DNA from: an uncultured Chloroflexia bacterium
GTDB lineage: Bacteria > Chloroflexota > Limnocylindria > QHBO01
DNA length: 64,000 nucleotides
Reading direction: 5' to 3'
NCBI GenBank assembly: GCA_963699235.1
Contig: OY969424.1
Span: 1,850,964-1,914,963, forward strand
Shown: positions 9,433-18,802 of the stretch, in pieces
Layout of the letters: every line of letters begins with the position of its first letter
Numbering within the stretch: position 1 is the stretch's first letter
Made by a program: the position numbers and the translations under genes
The notes under the pieces: generated by a model
The model's database searches: none
Seen by the model: the letters and a program-made list of their open reading frames with translations, nothing else
What the model was told of the DNA's origin: nothing

Positions 9433-9701
9433 TCAGGACCTGGGTATGCCGTGTGATGATCTCCGCCGCGAGTCGCAGCTGCGCCGGGTCGCGCGCTAGC
9501 GCAGCTCTCCGTTCGTGCATCAGCGCGGAGCCCGCGCTGCTATCCTGCTGCCGCGCTCAGGGCCCTTGGCCTGCGTCACACCCTGACCGGCAGCACCGCA
9601 TAGGGCTCCGTCCCTCAGCCCGCTCGGCTCCTGGTCGTTGTCGATCTCCGTGACCATGGGGCACACTCTTGCATTGCCCTTAGACAGGAGTTGGACAGGC
9701 T

Positions 9702-10109
9702 GTGTCGCGCAAGCCCATGGTGCAATCGCTCGTGTTGATCGCGCTCGTCCTCGCGATCATCGGTCTGGCGTCATCCATCCCGAATCTCCGGTTCTTCTCG
9801 GATGAGCTCATGGATGTGGCGGTGCGCAAGACCGCGCACGTGGTGCTCTATTTCGTCCTCGGCCTGCTGGTGAGTCGCATCGCGCTCGCATACGCACCCC
9901 GCTCGATGTCCCGCAGCCTGGTGGTCGTGGGCGTGAGTCTCCTGATGGCCGCCATCGCGGTCCTGGATGAAACGAATCAGTCAGGGGTGATTGGCCGGCA
10001 GGCGTCGATCGTCGACGTGGCGCTCGACTGCATAGGCGCCTTTTCAGGCGTATGGGTGTCGATGCGGTCTTCCGCACGTCGCGCGCGCGGGCTGGGCACC
10101 GAGCCGTGA
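9702..10109 (+). CDS. VanZ-like family membrane protein
   Basis: 135 aa with a GTG start and 4 TM helices. KTAHVVLYFVLGLL, then DETNQS..GR.ASIVDVALDCIGAFSG, matches the VanZ-like pattern. Confidence 0.75.
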   Translation: MSRKPMVQSLVLIALVLAIIGLASSIPNLRFFSDELMDVAVRKTAHVVLYFVLGLLVSRIALAYAPRSMSRSLVVVGVSLLMAAIAVLDETNQSGVIGRQASIVDVALDCIGAFSGVWVSMRSSARRARGLGTEP

Positions 10110-11506
10110 GCAAGTCGGCACCGGGATCCGCCGACGCCGAGCAGGCAATCCGCAACCTCCAGGCGCTGATCCGGATCCCATCGGTCAACCCACCGGGAGA
10201 TCCGGCGCTGGCCGCGGGACGCGACTCGACCGGAGGCGAGACCGCGGCAGCGCGCTACTGCGCCGAGGTGCTGTCCGCGGCCGGCATCAAGACGGAGGTC
10301 CTCGAGACGATTCCGGGTCGCGGCAGCTGCTTCGCCCGGTTGACTGCCGATCCGGCCGTAAGCCATCCCGAGCAGCCGCTCATCCTCCTCGGCCACGTGG
10401 ACGTCGTGCCGGTGGAAGCCGACGCGTGGGCCCGGGACCCGTTCGGCGGGGAGTTGGTGGATGGAGTGATCTGGGGCCGCGGTGCGGTGGACATGAAGGG
10501 CATGGTCGCCATGGAGCTGGCGGTCATGGTCGGCCTCCATCGGTCGGGCCGCCCGCTCCGACGCGACGTGATCTTCGCCGCGGTGGCTGACGAGGAGGCC
10601 GGCGGCGCACACGGCGCCCAGCATTGGGTGGACGCCCGTCCCGACCTGTTCTCGTCCGCCGCCGGACCGGCGGCCGCGGCCCTGAACGAGATCGGCGGCT
10701 ACTCGGTGACGCTCGGCGACCAGCGGGCCTATGCCATCCAGGTGGCGGAGAAGGGCATCATCTGGACCCGGCTTCACGCGACCGGCGTCCCGGGCCACGG
10801 CTCGATGCCGCACGCCGAGAACCCGGCCCTGCACCTCGCGCGAGCGGCCTCCCGCCTGGGTGACGCACCGGCCAGCGGCGACCCACCGCCTGTGGTCCGC
10901 GCCTTCTTCGCTGGCCTGGGCCTTGGCGAGGTGGCCGATCTCGTGCCCGACGACCGAGAGGCTGCCCGTGCCCTCCTTCACCGGCTGGTCCCGGACCCGA
11001 CCATGCGTCGCTCGTTCGGAGCCATGCTCCAGGACACGATCACTCCAACCGTCATCCAGGTCGGCAGAAAGGTGAACGTCATTCCTGGGCATGGGACCGC
11101 GGAGGTGGACGTCCGAACCCTGCCCGGCACGGACCAGGCGGCGTTCGCTGCCCGACTCCAGGAGATCGCGGGACCGGAGGTCGAGGTCGAGGCGGTGATG
11201 AGCCTGCCCGCCATCGAGGCGGACCCGGATGCCCCTGTCGTCGGCCTCATGCGGGACGCGCTGGGGCGGGCGGACCCAGAGGCGCTGGCGCTGCCTATGA
11301 TGATCACGCCAGGGACCGATGCGAAGGCCCTCGCCCGGCTGGGCATTCCGACCTACGGTTTCGCGCCCCTCCGGCTGGACGCGGACACCCCCTTCCTCGA
11401 CCTGTTCCACGGCCACGACGAGCGCGTGCCCGCCTCGGCGATCGAGTTCGGGGTCCCGGTCCTCGAGGAGGTGGTCACCCGCTTCGCGGCGGCCGAGGTC
11501 GAGTAG
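10106..11506 (+). CDS. M20/M25/M40-family metallopeptidase (ArgE/DapE/CPG2-like)
   Basis: IRIPSVNPPG, LLGHVDVVP, WGRGAVDMKG and ADEEAGG are the metal-ligand motifs. I prefer the GTG at 10106, which overlaps the VanZ stop (GTGA). The track ORF starts at 10052. Confidence 0.85.
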   Translation: MSKSAPGSADAEQAIRNLQALIRIPSVNPPGDPALAAGRDSTGGETAAARYCAEVLSAAGIKTEVLETIPGRGSCFARLTADPAVSHPEQPLILLGHVDVVPVEADAWARDPFGGELVDGVIWGRGAVDMKGMVAMELAVMVGLHRSGRPLRRDVIFAAVADEEAGGAHGAQHWVDARPDLFSSAAGPAAAALNEIGGYSVTLGDQRAYAIQVAEKGIIWTRLHATGVPGHGSMPHAENPALHLARAASRLGDAPASGDPPPVVRAFFAGLGLGEVADLVPDDREAARALLHRLVPDPTMRRSFGAMLQDTITPTVIQVGRKVNVIPGHGTAEVDVRTLPGTDQAAFAARLQEIAGPEVEVEAVMSLPAIEADPDAPVVGLMRDALGRADPEALALPMMITPGTDAKALARLGIPTYGFAPLRLDADTPFLDLFHGHDERVPASAIEFGVPVLEEVVTRFAAAEVE

Positions 11507-11570
11507 CCGGTCAGACGAGTACCCTCGGCTATACTCGCGGCCTCATTCGAGAGGGACTGACCTCGGACCG

Positions 11571-12617
11571 ATGACCACCTCTGACGCCACCGCCGGCGCC
11601 CACGCCTTCGTGTTCCCGGGACAGGGCTCCCAGTACGTCGGGATGGGAGCCGGGCTCGCCGGGACCTCGCCCGAGGCCGCAACGATCTTCGAACGCGCGG
11701 ACAAGGCACTCGGATTTGCGCTGTCGCGGCTCATGTTCGAGGGTCCCGCAGACGAGCTCGACTCCACGGTCAACGCCCAGCCCGCCATCCTGGCCGCGAG
11801 CGTCGCGGCGCTCGAGCATCTCCGCGAGCGGGCTAAGGCTGCCGGGGTCGTCCTCAACCCGCTCGCCGTGGCGGGACATTCGGCTGGCCAGTACGCCGCG
11901 GCGATCGCCGCCGGCGCGGTGGACTTCGACGAGGCGCTCCGCCTCGTCCGGGAGCGCGGCCGGATCATGCAGGAGCGCGGCATCGACGGCGGGATGGGCG
12001 CGATCATCGGCCTCTCGGAAGAACAGGCCGAGCAGGTCGTCGAGCAGGCCCGCGAGCACGGCGAGATCTCGGTCGCCAACATCAACGCCCCGGGCCAGGT
12101 CGTCCTGTCCGGCGTCCTGCCGGCCCTCGTCTTCGCCCTCGAGATGAGCAGGACGGTCGGCGCTCGCCGCGCGGTGCAGCTCACGGTCAGCGTGGCCAGC
12201 CACTCCCCGTTGATGCGGCACGCTCGCGACGAGTTCTCGAAGGTCCTCGAAAAGGCGCCGTTCCGCGATCCGGTGGTGCCGGTCGTAGGCAACGTCCACG
12301 CCACCATGATCCGCAGCGCGGACGGACTGCGCGAGGAGCTCACCGAGCACCTCGTCCACGGCGTCCAGTGGGTGGCCACCGTCCGCAACATGGCCGCCAT
12401 CGGCGTCACCGACTTCGTCGAGGTGGGCCCGGGACGGGTCCTGACCGGCCTCATCAAGCGGATCAGCCCCGAGTCGAACGCGCACGCCCTGGACGACGCG
12501 GAGGACGGCTGGCTGCCGGGCGGAGGCGCCTCGAACGCGAGCGCGTCGCCCGAGACGCCGTCCACCGATACCGCGACCGCCGCCGACAGCCCGAAGCGGA
12601 CCCGGAAGAAGGCGTGA
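11571..12617 (+). CDS. fabD: Malonyl-CoA:ACP transacylase
   Basis: Starting at the ATG at 11571: AFVFPGQGSQYVGMG, the GHSAGQYAA nucleophile elbow and NAPGQVVLSG. It has a ~35-aa low-complexity C-terminal tail. The 5' part of the track ORF (from 11319) overlaps the peptidase gene. Confidence 0.9.
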   Translation: MTTSDATAGAHAFVFPGQGSQYVGMGAGLAGTSPEAATIFERADKALGFALSRLMFEGPADELDSTVNAQPAILAASVAALEHLRERAKAAGVVLNPLAVAGHSAGQYAAAIAAGAVDFDEALRLVRERGRIMQERGIDGGMGAIIGLSEEQAEQVVEQAREHGEISVANINAPGQVVLSGVLPALVFALEMSRTVGARRAVQLTVSVASHSPLMRHARDEFSKVLEKAPFRDPVVPVVGNVHATMIRSADGLREELTEHLVHGVQWVATVRNMAAIGVTDFVEVGPGRVLTGLIKRISPESNAHALDDAEDGWLPGGGASNASASPETPSTDTATAADSPKRTRKKA

Positions 12618-13903
12618 CCCACACTGGCCGTCGGGCCATGGTCACCGGGCTGGGTGTCGTCTCACCAGTGGGCATCGGCAACGATGCGGCCTGGAAGAAC
12701 CTGCTGGCCGGCACGTCCGGGATTCGCGAGGTCACCATCGCCGACCTCTCCGGCCAGGACATCCGGGTCGGGGGCGAGGTGCCCGACTTCGACCCGACGA
12801 AGGAGATGGACCCGAAGGACGTCCGACGCCATGACCGCTCGACCCAGATGGCGGTGGCCGCCACGGCCGAGGCGCTCCGTCACGCCGGGCTCATCAACGG
12901 CCACAGCCAGATCCTGACCGAGGAGGCCAACCCGGATCGGATCGGCATGGTCTTTGGCTCCGGTTGCGGCGGGGTCGGCATCCTCCTCGACAATGCGAAG
13001 AAGTACTGGGATGTCGGGGCGAACCGGGTCTCGCCCTGGACCATCCCCCACATGCTGGTGGACAGCCCGTCGGGAATGGTCGCCATCCAGTTCGGCATCC
13101 GCGGTCCGAACACGGCCGTGGTCAGCGCCTGCGCCACCGGCAGCCACGCCATCGGCGAGGCGGCCGAGACGATCATCCGCGGCCAGGCCGACCTCATGCT
13201 CGGTGCCGGCACCGAGGCCGCGCTTGTCCCGCTCGCCTTCGCCGGCTTCGGCCAGATGCGCGCCCTGGGCACGCCGATCGACCCGGACACCGGGGAGTAC
13301 GTTCCCTCGATCGCCTCCCGTCCGTTCGACGCGACCCGCAACGGGTTCGTCATCGCCGAGGGCTGCGCGGTCCTCGTCCTGGAGGAGCTCGAGCATGCCC
13401 TCGCACGCGGCGCGCAGCCGATCGCCGAGGTCGTCGGCTATGGCAGCGCGGCGGACGCGTACCACATGGCCGCTCCGCCGGAGCAGGGCGAGGGCAGCCA
13501 GCGGTCGATGCGGTGGGCGCTGGAGCGCGGCGGTATCGACCCGACCGAGATCGACTACATCAACCCCCACGGCACGGGAACCCCGCTGAACGACCTGTCG
13601 GAGACGCAGGCCATCGAGGCGGTGTTCGGGGAGCACGCCCGCAAGTTGATGATCAGCTCGACGAAGTCGATGACCGGCCACATGATGGGTGCGGCCGGCG
13701 CATTCGAGGGATGGGCCACGGTCAAGGTCCTGGACACCGGCTGGGTCCCGCCGACGATCAACCTGAACCATCCCGACCCGGAGCTGACCCTCGACTACGT
13801 GCCGCACACCGCGCGCCAGGCCGACGTCAAGGTTGCGCTCTCGAACTCGATGGGCCTGGGCGGCCACAACGGAACGATCGTGTTCCGCAAGTACGAGGCC
13901 TGA
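12614..13903 (+). CDS. fabF: 3-oxoacyl-ACP synthase II
   Basis: RRAMVTGLGVVSPVG, the active-site region VVSACATGSHAIGEA, NPHGTGTPLND and NSMGLGGHNGTIVF. The GTG at 12614 overlaps the fabD stop (GTGA). Confidence 0.9.
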   Translation: MTHTGRRAMVTGLGVVSPVGIGNDAAWKNLLAGTSGIREVTIADLSGQDIRVGGEVPDFDPTKEMDPKDVRRHDRSTQMAVAATAEALRHAGLINGHSQILTEEANPDRIGMVFGSGCGGVGILLDNAKKYWDVGANRVSPWTIPHMLVDSPSGMVAIQFGIRGPNTAVVSACATGSHAIGEAAETIIRGQADLMLGAGTEAALVPLAFAGFGQMRALGTPIDPDTGEYVPSIASRPFDATRNGFVIAEGCAVLVLEELEHALARGAQPIAEVVGYGSAADAYHMAAPPEQGEGSQRSMRWALERGGIDPTEIDYINPHGTGTPLNDLSETQAIEAVFGEHARKLMISSTKSMTGHMMGAAGAFEGWATVKVLDTGWVPPTINLNHPDPELTLDYVPHTARQADVKVALSNSMGLGGHNGTIVFRKYEA

Positions 13904-13939
13904 CGAACCGATCCTCTCGGCTCGCCCTCGCGCCAGGCG

Positions 13940-14533
13940 CTAGGGCTCGGGATCGCCCACGACGTACAGCTCCGGCTCGTGCCGGGGCTCGTGGCCGGGC
14001 TGGGTCCGGAGCCAGTCGCGGAGGCAGCTCTCGGTGGTGCTGAACGCCAGCTCGTCCCAGGGGATGTCGTCGGGTCCGAAGCCACGGACCTCGGTCGTCT
14101 CCGCGCCCGGCAGGGCCTCTCCACCCACGACCTGGGCCTCGTAGATGAGGGTCACGACCGCGCCATGCGGTCGCGAGTAGGCGCCGATCAGCTCGCCGAT
14201 CTCGACCCGCAGCTCGGTCTCCTCCTCGGTCTCGCGGCGGGCCCCCTCCTGGGTGGACTCCCCGACCTCGAGATAACCCCCCGGGTAGCTCCACAGCCCG
14301 ATGCCCGGCTCGATCCCCCGCCGGGCGAGGAACACCTGCCCTTCGCGCATGGGGAGGGTCCCGACCACCACTCGTGGGTTGCGCCACGTGACATGGCCGT
14401 CGGGGCACACCAGTCGCGGGCGGTGGTCCTCCTCCAGGACGCGCTCGACGACCGGCTTCCCACAGCCCGGGCAGAATGCCGGCTCCTCGCCCAGGGTCAG
14501 CGGATAGGTCGTGCTGGCGTCGCGCTCCGGCAT
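13940..14533 (-). CDS. NUDIX hydrolase with an N-terminal CxxC zinc-ribbon-like segment
   Basis: The Nudix box GGYLEVGESTQEGARRETEEETEL is present. The N-terminus contains CPGCG...CPDGH. Confidence 0.85.
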   Translation of the reverse strand: MPERDASTTYPLTLGEEPAFCPGCGKPVVERVLEEDHRPRLVCPDGHVTWRNPRVVVGTLPMREGQVFLARRGIEPGIGLWSYPGGYLEVGESTQEGARRETEEETELRVEIGELIGAYSRPHGAVVTLIYEAQVVGGEALPGAETTEVRGFGPDDIPWDELAFSTTESCLRDWLRTQPGHEPRHEPELYVVGDPEP

Positions 14534-14578
14534 CGGTCAGATGGTAGCCCGATCCAGACCGATACAATCCGGCCCCTG

Positions 14579-16006
14579 ATGGCCGCGTCGCCCCAGCCCA
14601 TTCGCCTGTACAACACGCTCACCCGCCGGGTGCAGCCACTGGAGCCGGTCGCACCGGGGCAAGTCGGGGTCTACACCTGCGGCAGCACGGTCTATCGCTA
14701 CGCGCACATCGGGAACCTGCGGACGTACCTGTTCGGCGACCTCCTGCGTCGGACGCTGGTGTACCTCGGCTACGAGGTGAAGTACGTCAAGAACATCACC
14801 GATGTCGGTCATATGCGCGACGACGAGACCGACACCGGTGAGGACCGGATGGTCATCGCCGCCCTCGAGGAGGGGAAGAGCCCGGCCGAGATCGCGCAGT
14901 TCTACACCGATGCCTGGCTGGCAGACGAGGCACTGATCAACATCCGGCCGGCGGACGTCATGCCCAAGGCGACCGACCACATCGGCGAGATGCTGGCCCT
15001 CATCGACGTCCTGCTCGAGAAGGGGCTCGCCTACGAAGCGGGCGGCAACGTGTACTTCGACGTGAGCGCGTTCCCGGCCTACGGCCAGCTGTCCGGCAGC
15101 CGGATCGAGGGCACCCGGGCCGGCAGCCGGGTCGAGGTCGAAGCCGACAAGCGCGATCCCGCCGACTTCGCCCTGTGGAAGGCGGCCGAGCCGGGCCGCC
15201 TCATGCACTGGCCGTCGCCGTGGGGCGAGGGGTTCCCGGGCTGGCACATCGAGTGCTCGGCAATGGGAATGAAGTATCTCGGCGACCGATTCGACATCCA
15301 CACCGGTGGGATCGACCTCAAGTTCCCGCACCACGAGGACGAGATCGCCCAGTCGGACGGCGCCCTCGGCCGGCAGGTGATCAGCCTCTGGATGCACGGC
15401 GAGTTCCTGACCCTGGCCGACGCCAAGATGGCGAAGAGCGCCGGCAACATCATCCGGGTCAGCGAGCTGCCCGAGAAGGGGTTCGAGCCGCTCGAGTTCC
15501 GCTACCTGGCGCTCACCGCCCACTATCGGTCGAAGCTGGACTTCACCGAGCCGGCGATGCACGCCGCCGCGTCGGGGCTCGCCCGCCTGCGGCGCGCGGC
15601 GGCGGAGGGCGCGACGGACGAGACCGATGCATCGGCCATTGACCTCGACGCCGAGCCGATGGCCGCCTACCGGGCCCGGTTCGTGGCCGCCATCAGCGAG
15701 GACCTCGGGCTGCCGGCTGCCCTGGCGGTCGCCCATGGCGTGGCCGCCGACAACGAGCTGAGCCCCGCCCAGAAGCGCGCCCTGCTCCTCGACTTCGATC
15801 GGGTGCTCGGCGTCGATCTCGATCGGTCGCCTGACCTGGCCGATGAAACGCTGCCGGCGGGCGCTGCGGAGCTGCTCGAGCGGCGAGCCGCCGCGCGCGC
15901 AGAACGGGACTTCGAGCAGGCCGATGCGCTCCGCGAAGAACTGGCCGCGCTCGGGGTCGAAGTCCGCGATACCCCCACCGGCCAAGAGGCGCAGCGCCGA
16001 CGCTAG
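14579..16006 (+). CDS. cysS: Cysteine--tRNA ligase
   Basis: From the ATG at 14579: IRLYNTLTRR, the HIGN (HIGH-type) motif in YAHIGNLRTY, NITDVGH...GEDRM, WHIECS, and KMAKSAGN (KMSKS). The first 200 codons of the 675-aa track ORF are antisense to the NUDIX gene. Confidence 0.9.
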   Translation: MAASPQPIRLYNTLTRRVQPLEPVAPGQVGVYTCGSTVYRYAHIGNLRTYLFGDLLRRTLVYLGYEVKYVKNITDVGHMRDDETDTGEDRMVIAALEEGKSPAEIAQFYTDAWLADEALINIRPADVMPKATDHIGEMLALIDVLLEKGLAYEAGGNVYFDVSAFPAYGQLSGSRIEGTRAGSRVEVEADKRDPADFALWKAAEPGRLMHWPSPWGEGFPGWHIECSAMGMKYLGDRFDIHTGGIDLKFPHHEDEIAQSDGALGRQVISLWMHGEFLTLADAKMAKSAGNIIRVSELPEKGFEPLEFRYLALTAHYRSKLDFTEPAMHAAASGLARLRRAAAEGATDETDASAIDLDAEPMAAYRARFVAAISEDLGLPAALAVAHGVAADNELSPAQKRALLLDFDRVLGVDLDRSPDLADETLPAGAAELLERRAAARAERDFEQADALREELAALGVEVRDTPTGQEAQRRR

Positions 16007-16062
16007 CCGCCCAGCGATGCCCGATTGAGGTCAGGCTGGTGGGTCGAGGTGGCCCAGGTCCC

Positions 16063-17268
16063 TCACAGCAGCTCGAAGTAGGCTTCAGCCAGCACGCGGT
16101 AGTCGTGGTGGCGAAGGACGAATGCCCGACCTCGCTCACCCATGCTGCGCAGCTCACTCGCAGGTCGACCGCTGAGCTCGAGAGCGGCACGGGCAATCGA
16201 GTGCGAATCTTCGGCGGGAACCGTTACCCCGCACCGTGCCCGCTCCACTTCTGACGATGGGACGTCAGCGGCCAGCAGGACAGGGCGCCCGGCATACATG
16301 TAGTCAAAGAGCTTGTTGGGCGAGACCCCATACCGGTAGAGAGGAGATCGGAGAAAGCCGACGTAGCACAGGTCGAAGGTCCGGATGATGTCGAAGACTT
16401 CTCCATGGGAGACCGCGCTTCGGAAGGTCACGTTCGCGAGTCCTGCCGATCGCCGCTTCAGTTCCGACTCGGCCGGCCCTCTGCCGCAGAGCACGAAATG
16501 AACGTCGGCGTTTTCGCGCAGCAGGTGGGCCGAGTCGATCAGCGCCGCCAGGCCGTTGGCGTCGCTCAGCGTTCCCATGTACCCCACCACGAATCGTCGG
16601 TCCGAGACGGACGCTTCGACCGGGGCCTCGATCGCCTCCGGTCCGCGAGCTCCGTCGACGTTGATCCCGTTGGGGATGTGCCTGAACTTGCCTCGGGCCA
16701 GACCCTTCGACCGCATGTGACTCTCGGCGTGGGGCAGTACCGATACCGCGTAGTCGCAGGTCCGATAGGCAAATGTCTCACACAGCGCCATCAGCACGAT
16801 CAGGGGGTGCCATCTCCGTAGTCCGGCAAGCTCCTGCAGGGTCAGCGGCCAGATGTCCCTGACCTCGACGATGAACCGGGCACGATGCCGACGTGCGAGC
16901 AGGTACGCCATGGGCAGGATGAACGGCGATGGGGACGAGGCGACAATCGCGTCGGGCGCCGGCAAGTCCCTCGGGAGCCTCAGGAGTTGAACGACGAAGA
17001 CAAGCATGTTCAGGAACCGGCGGAAGCTATACGGGCTTCGATACGGCGGCACCCAGAGCCAGCGATACCGAACGCCATCGATGACCTCGGTGAAGCTCCG
17101 GCGACGGGCAGTCGGTTGCTTCTGGAATAGGTGGGAGAACGTGCCGGACACGACCGTAACGTCCACCCCCATTTCGCGAAGCCTCACCCCGAGCTGGTAG
17201 GGGCGGTACTGCATGCCATGTCGGGGCGAACCCGCGTATTGATTGACGAGCCAGACCGTCTTGCCCAT
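16063..17268 (-). CDS. Glycosyltransferase family 4 (WbuB-like)
   Basis: 401 aa. The N-terminus TVWLVNQYAGSPRHGMQYRPYQLG is characteristic of the WbuB-like GT4 subgroup. The C-terminal half has the GT-B fold. Confidence 0.85.
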   Translation of the reverse strand: MGKTVWLVNQYAGSPRHGMQYRPYQLGVRLREMGVDVTVVSGTFSHLFQKQPTARRRSFTEVIDGVRYRWLWVPPYRSPYSFRRFLNMLVFVVQLLRLPRDLPAPDAIVASSPSPFILPMAYLLARRHRARFIVEVRDIWPLTLQELAGLRRWHPLIVLMALCETFAYRTCDYAVSVLPHAESHMRSKGLARGKFRHIPNGINVDGARGPEAIEAPVEASVSDRRFVVGYMGTLSDANGLAALIDSAHLLRENADVHFVLCGRGPAESELKRRSAGLANVTFRSAVSHGEVFDIIRTFDLCYVGFLRSPLYRYGVSPNKLFDYMYAGRPVLLAADVPSSEVERARCGVTVPAEDSHSIARAALELSGRPASELRSMGERGRAFVLRHHDYRVLAEAYFELL

Positions 17269-17603
17269 CAGCGCGCGGGTTTCGCCGCCAGGCAGGCGCC
17301 GGTGGCGGCGGTACCTGAAGCAGCCGGCGACAACAGGATGTCCTGCGCTCGGGCGGACTTACGGATCACGGCGCGAGCACATCACTGGAATATCATGCAC
17401 AACCCTCGGCGAATCCGCCCGAGACAGGCTGAGGTTCTAATCGAGGTGATTGGTCAGCAATGCCGACGAGGCGCCTTCCACGTTCATGGCATCGATCCGA
17501 TCCGCACACAACCTCCTGGAGCGCCGCAGGAATCGTTGCCATAGGCTCGCGCCCGCCTCGATCAGGGGTCTCCGCTGACTCTGCCCGCTTCACCTGATCA
17601 GAC

Positions 17604-18785
17604 ATGCCCGAAGATCTGCTCGCATTTGTAATGGGAGATTTTGACCTGCTGCGACCTCTCGTCCTGGCAGGGATCCGATGCGCGGTGCTGGCACCTCCTG
17701 GAGCGCCGATTCGCTTTTCCCGATACGTGGACGAAACCGTGACCTGGGACGGGGAGTGGAACGACAAGGCGTTGCTACCGCAGCTCCTCACTTTCGCGAA
17801 ACAGCTTCCCAGGAAGCCTGTCCTGTTCTACCAGCGCGACGAGGACCTGCTGTTCGTCAACCGGAATCGGGACGCACTGGCCAGCGCATTCGATTTCGTT
17901 CTGGCGCCCGATCAGCTGATCGCGATGCTCGTGGACAAGATCCAATTCGCCGTCGTGGCACGGAAGCTGCGGCTCCCCATCCCCGAGACCGCGGTGATCT
18001 CCCCTGCCGCGTCCGAGGTCCCGCGCCCTGGAGAGCTCGCGTTTCCCCTGGTCATCAAACCGGCGACTCGGCTCCACCACCGATGGCTTGCCCTGGAACC
18101 CGACCGCAAGGCTATTCCGATCCAGAACCTCCGGGAGCTCGCCGAATTGTGGGGTCGGCTCGCCTCATCCGGGGAACAGTTCATCGCGCAGGCAATGATT
18201 GCGGGGGGTGAAGAGGACGTGGAGAGCTACCACGTCTATGTGGACGCCGGCGGGTCGGTCGCGGGTGAGTTCACCGGTCGCAAGCTTCGGACCCGCCCCG
18301 AGCACTACGGCCACACAACCGCGCTGGAGATCACGGACGCTGACGACGTCCGATCCGTCGGCCGGGACGTCGTGGAGCAACTTGGCCTGACGGGAGTGGC
18401 GAAGGTCGATTTCAAACGGGGCCCTCGCGGCGATTTGTATCTGTTCGAGGTGAACCCTCGCTTCAACCTGTGGCACCACCCCGGTGCTGTCGCCGGGGTC
18501 AACCTGCCCGCAACCGTCTTCGCTGATGTCGTTGGAATCCCCCGCGCGAAGGGCACGGCCGCGCGCGCCGGGGTCGCGTGGGTGCGCGCCGAGGATCTGC
18601 TCGCCGCCAGGGACCGTGGATTGCCGCTGATTCCTTGGCTCAGGTGGGCTGCTCGGTGCGAGGCGAAAAAGGCATTTGCGTTGGATGACCCGTTGCCCAT
18701 CGCCGCGGGTGTCCTTCGACGCTCGCGGCGCGCGCTCCGCAGCACGCTCGCGTCGCGTCATCACCGCGGGCAGCCCCGTCACTAG
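17604..18785 (+). CDS. ATP-grasp domain protein (carboxylate-amine ligase type)
   Basis: FPLVIKPA, then ESYHVYVD, GVAKVDFKRGPRGDLYLFEVNPRFNLW (the ATP-grasp Mg/ATP loop). Confidence 0.8.
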   Translation: MPEDLLAFVMGDFDLLRPLVLAGIRCAVLAPPGAPIRFSRYVDETVTWDGEWNDKALLPQLLTFAKQLPRKPVLFYQRDEDLLFVNRNRDALASAFDFVLAPDQLIAMLVDKIQFAVVARKLRLPIPETAVISPAASEVPRPGELAFPLVIKPATRLHHRWLALEPDRKAIPIQNLRELAELWGRLASSGEQFIAQAMIAGGEEDVESYHVYVDAGGSVAGEFTGRKLRTRPEHYGHTTALEITDADDVRSVGRDVVEQLGLTGVAKVDFKRGPRGDLYLFEVNPRFNLWHHPGAVAGVNLPATVFADVVGIPRAKGTAARAGVAWVRAEDLLAARDRGLPLIPWLRWAARCEAKKAFALDDPLPIAAGVLRRSRRALRSTLASRHHRGQPRH

Positions 18786-18802
18786 GCCGATGAGCCACTC
18801 CG

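Noticed and set aside
9433-9701. Small minus-strand ORFs (31 and 45 codons) in the gap before the VanZ gene
   Set aside because: They are too short, have no SD or recognisable motif, and have mixed codon bias. I left the gap unannotated as a probable promoter region for the housekeeping block.
9977-11416. 479-aa minus-strand ORF opposite the M20 peptidase. Similar long antisense ORFs lie at 11529-12622, 12662-13867, 14537-15985, 27987-29315, 49183-50616, 50331-51533, 52393-54804 (803 aa) and 61664-63373 (569 aa).
   Set aside because: All are Arg/Gly/Pro/Asp-rich with no recognisable motifs. Each lies opposite a gene with clear family signatures. Long stop-free antisense frames are expected at this GC content.
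13979-16006. 675-aa ORF suggesting a giant CysRS
   Set aside because: The first ~200 codons are antisense to the NUDIX gene and not protein-like. CysRS homology begins at the ATG at 14579 (IRLYNTLTRR).
14579-16006. Possibility that this is MshC (mycothiol Cys ligase) rather than CysRS
   Set aside because: Its length (~475 aa), the C-terminal anticodon-binding-type extension and the KMAKSAGN/HIGN context fit CysRS. MshC is shorter and lacks that tail. This judgement is from memory, so some uncertainty remains.
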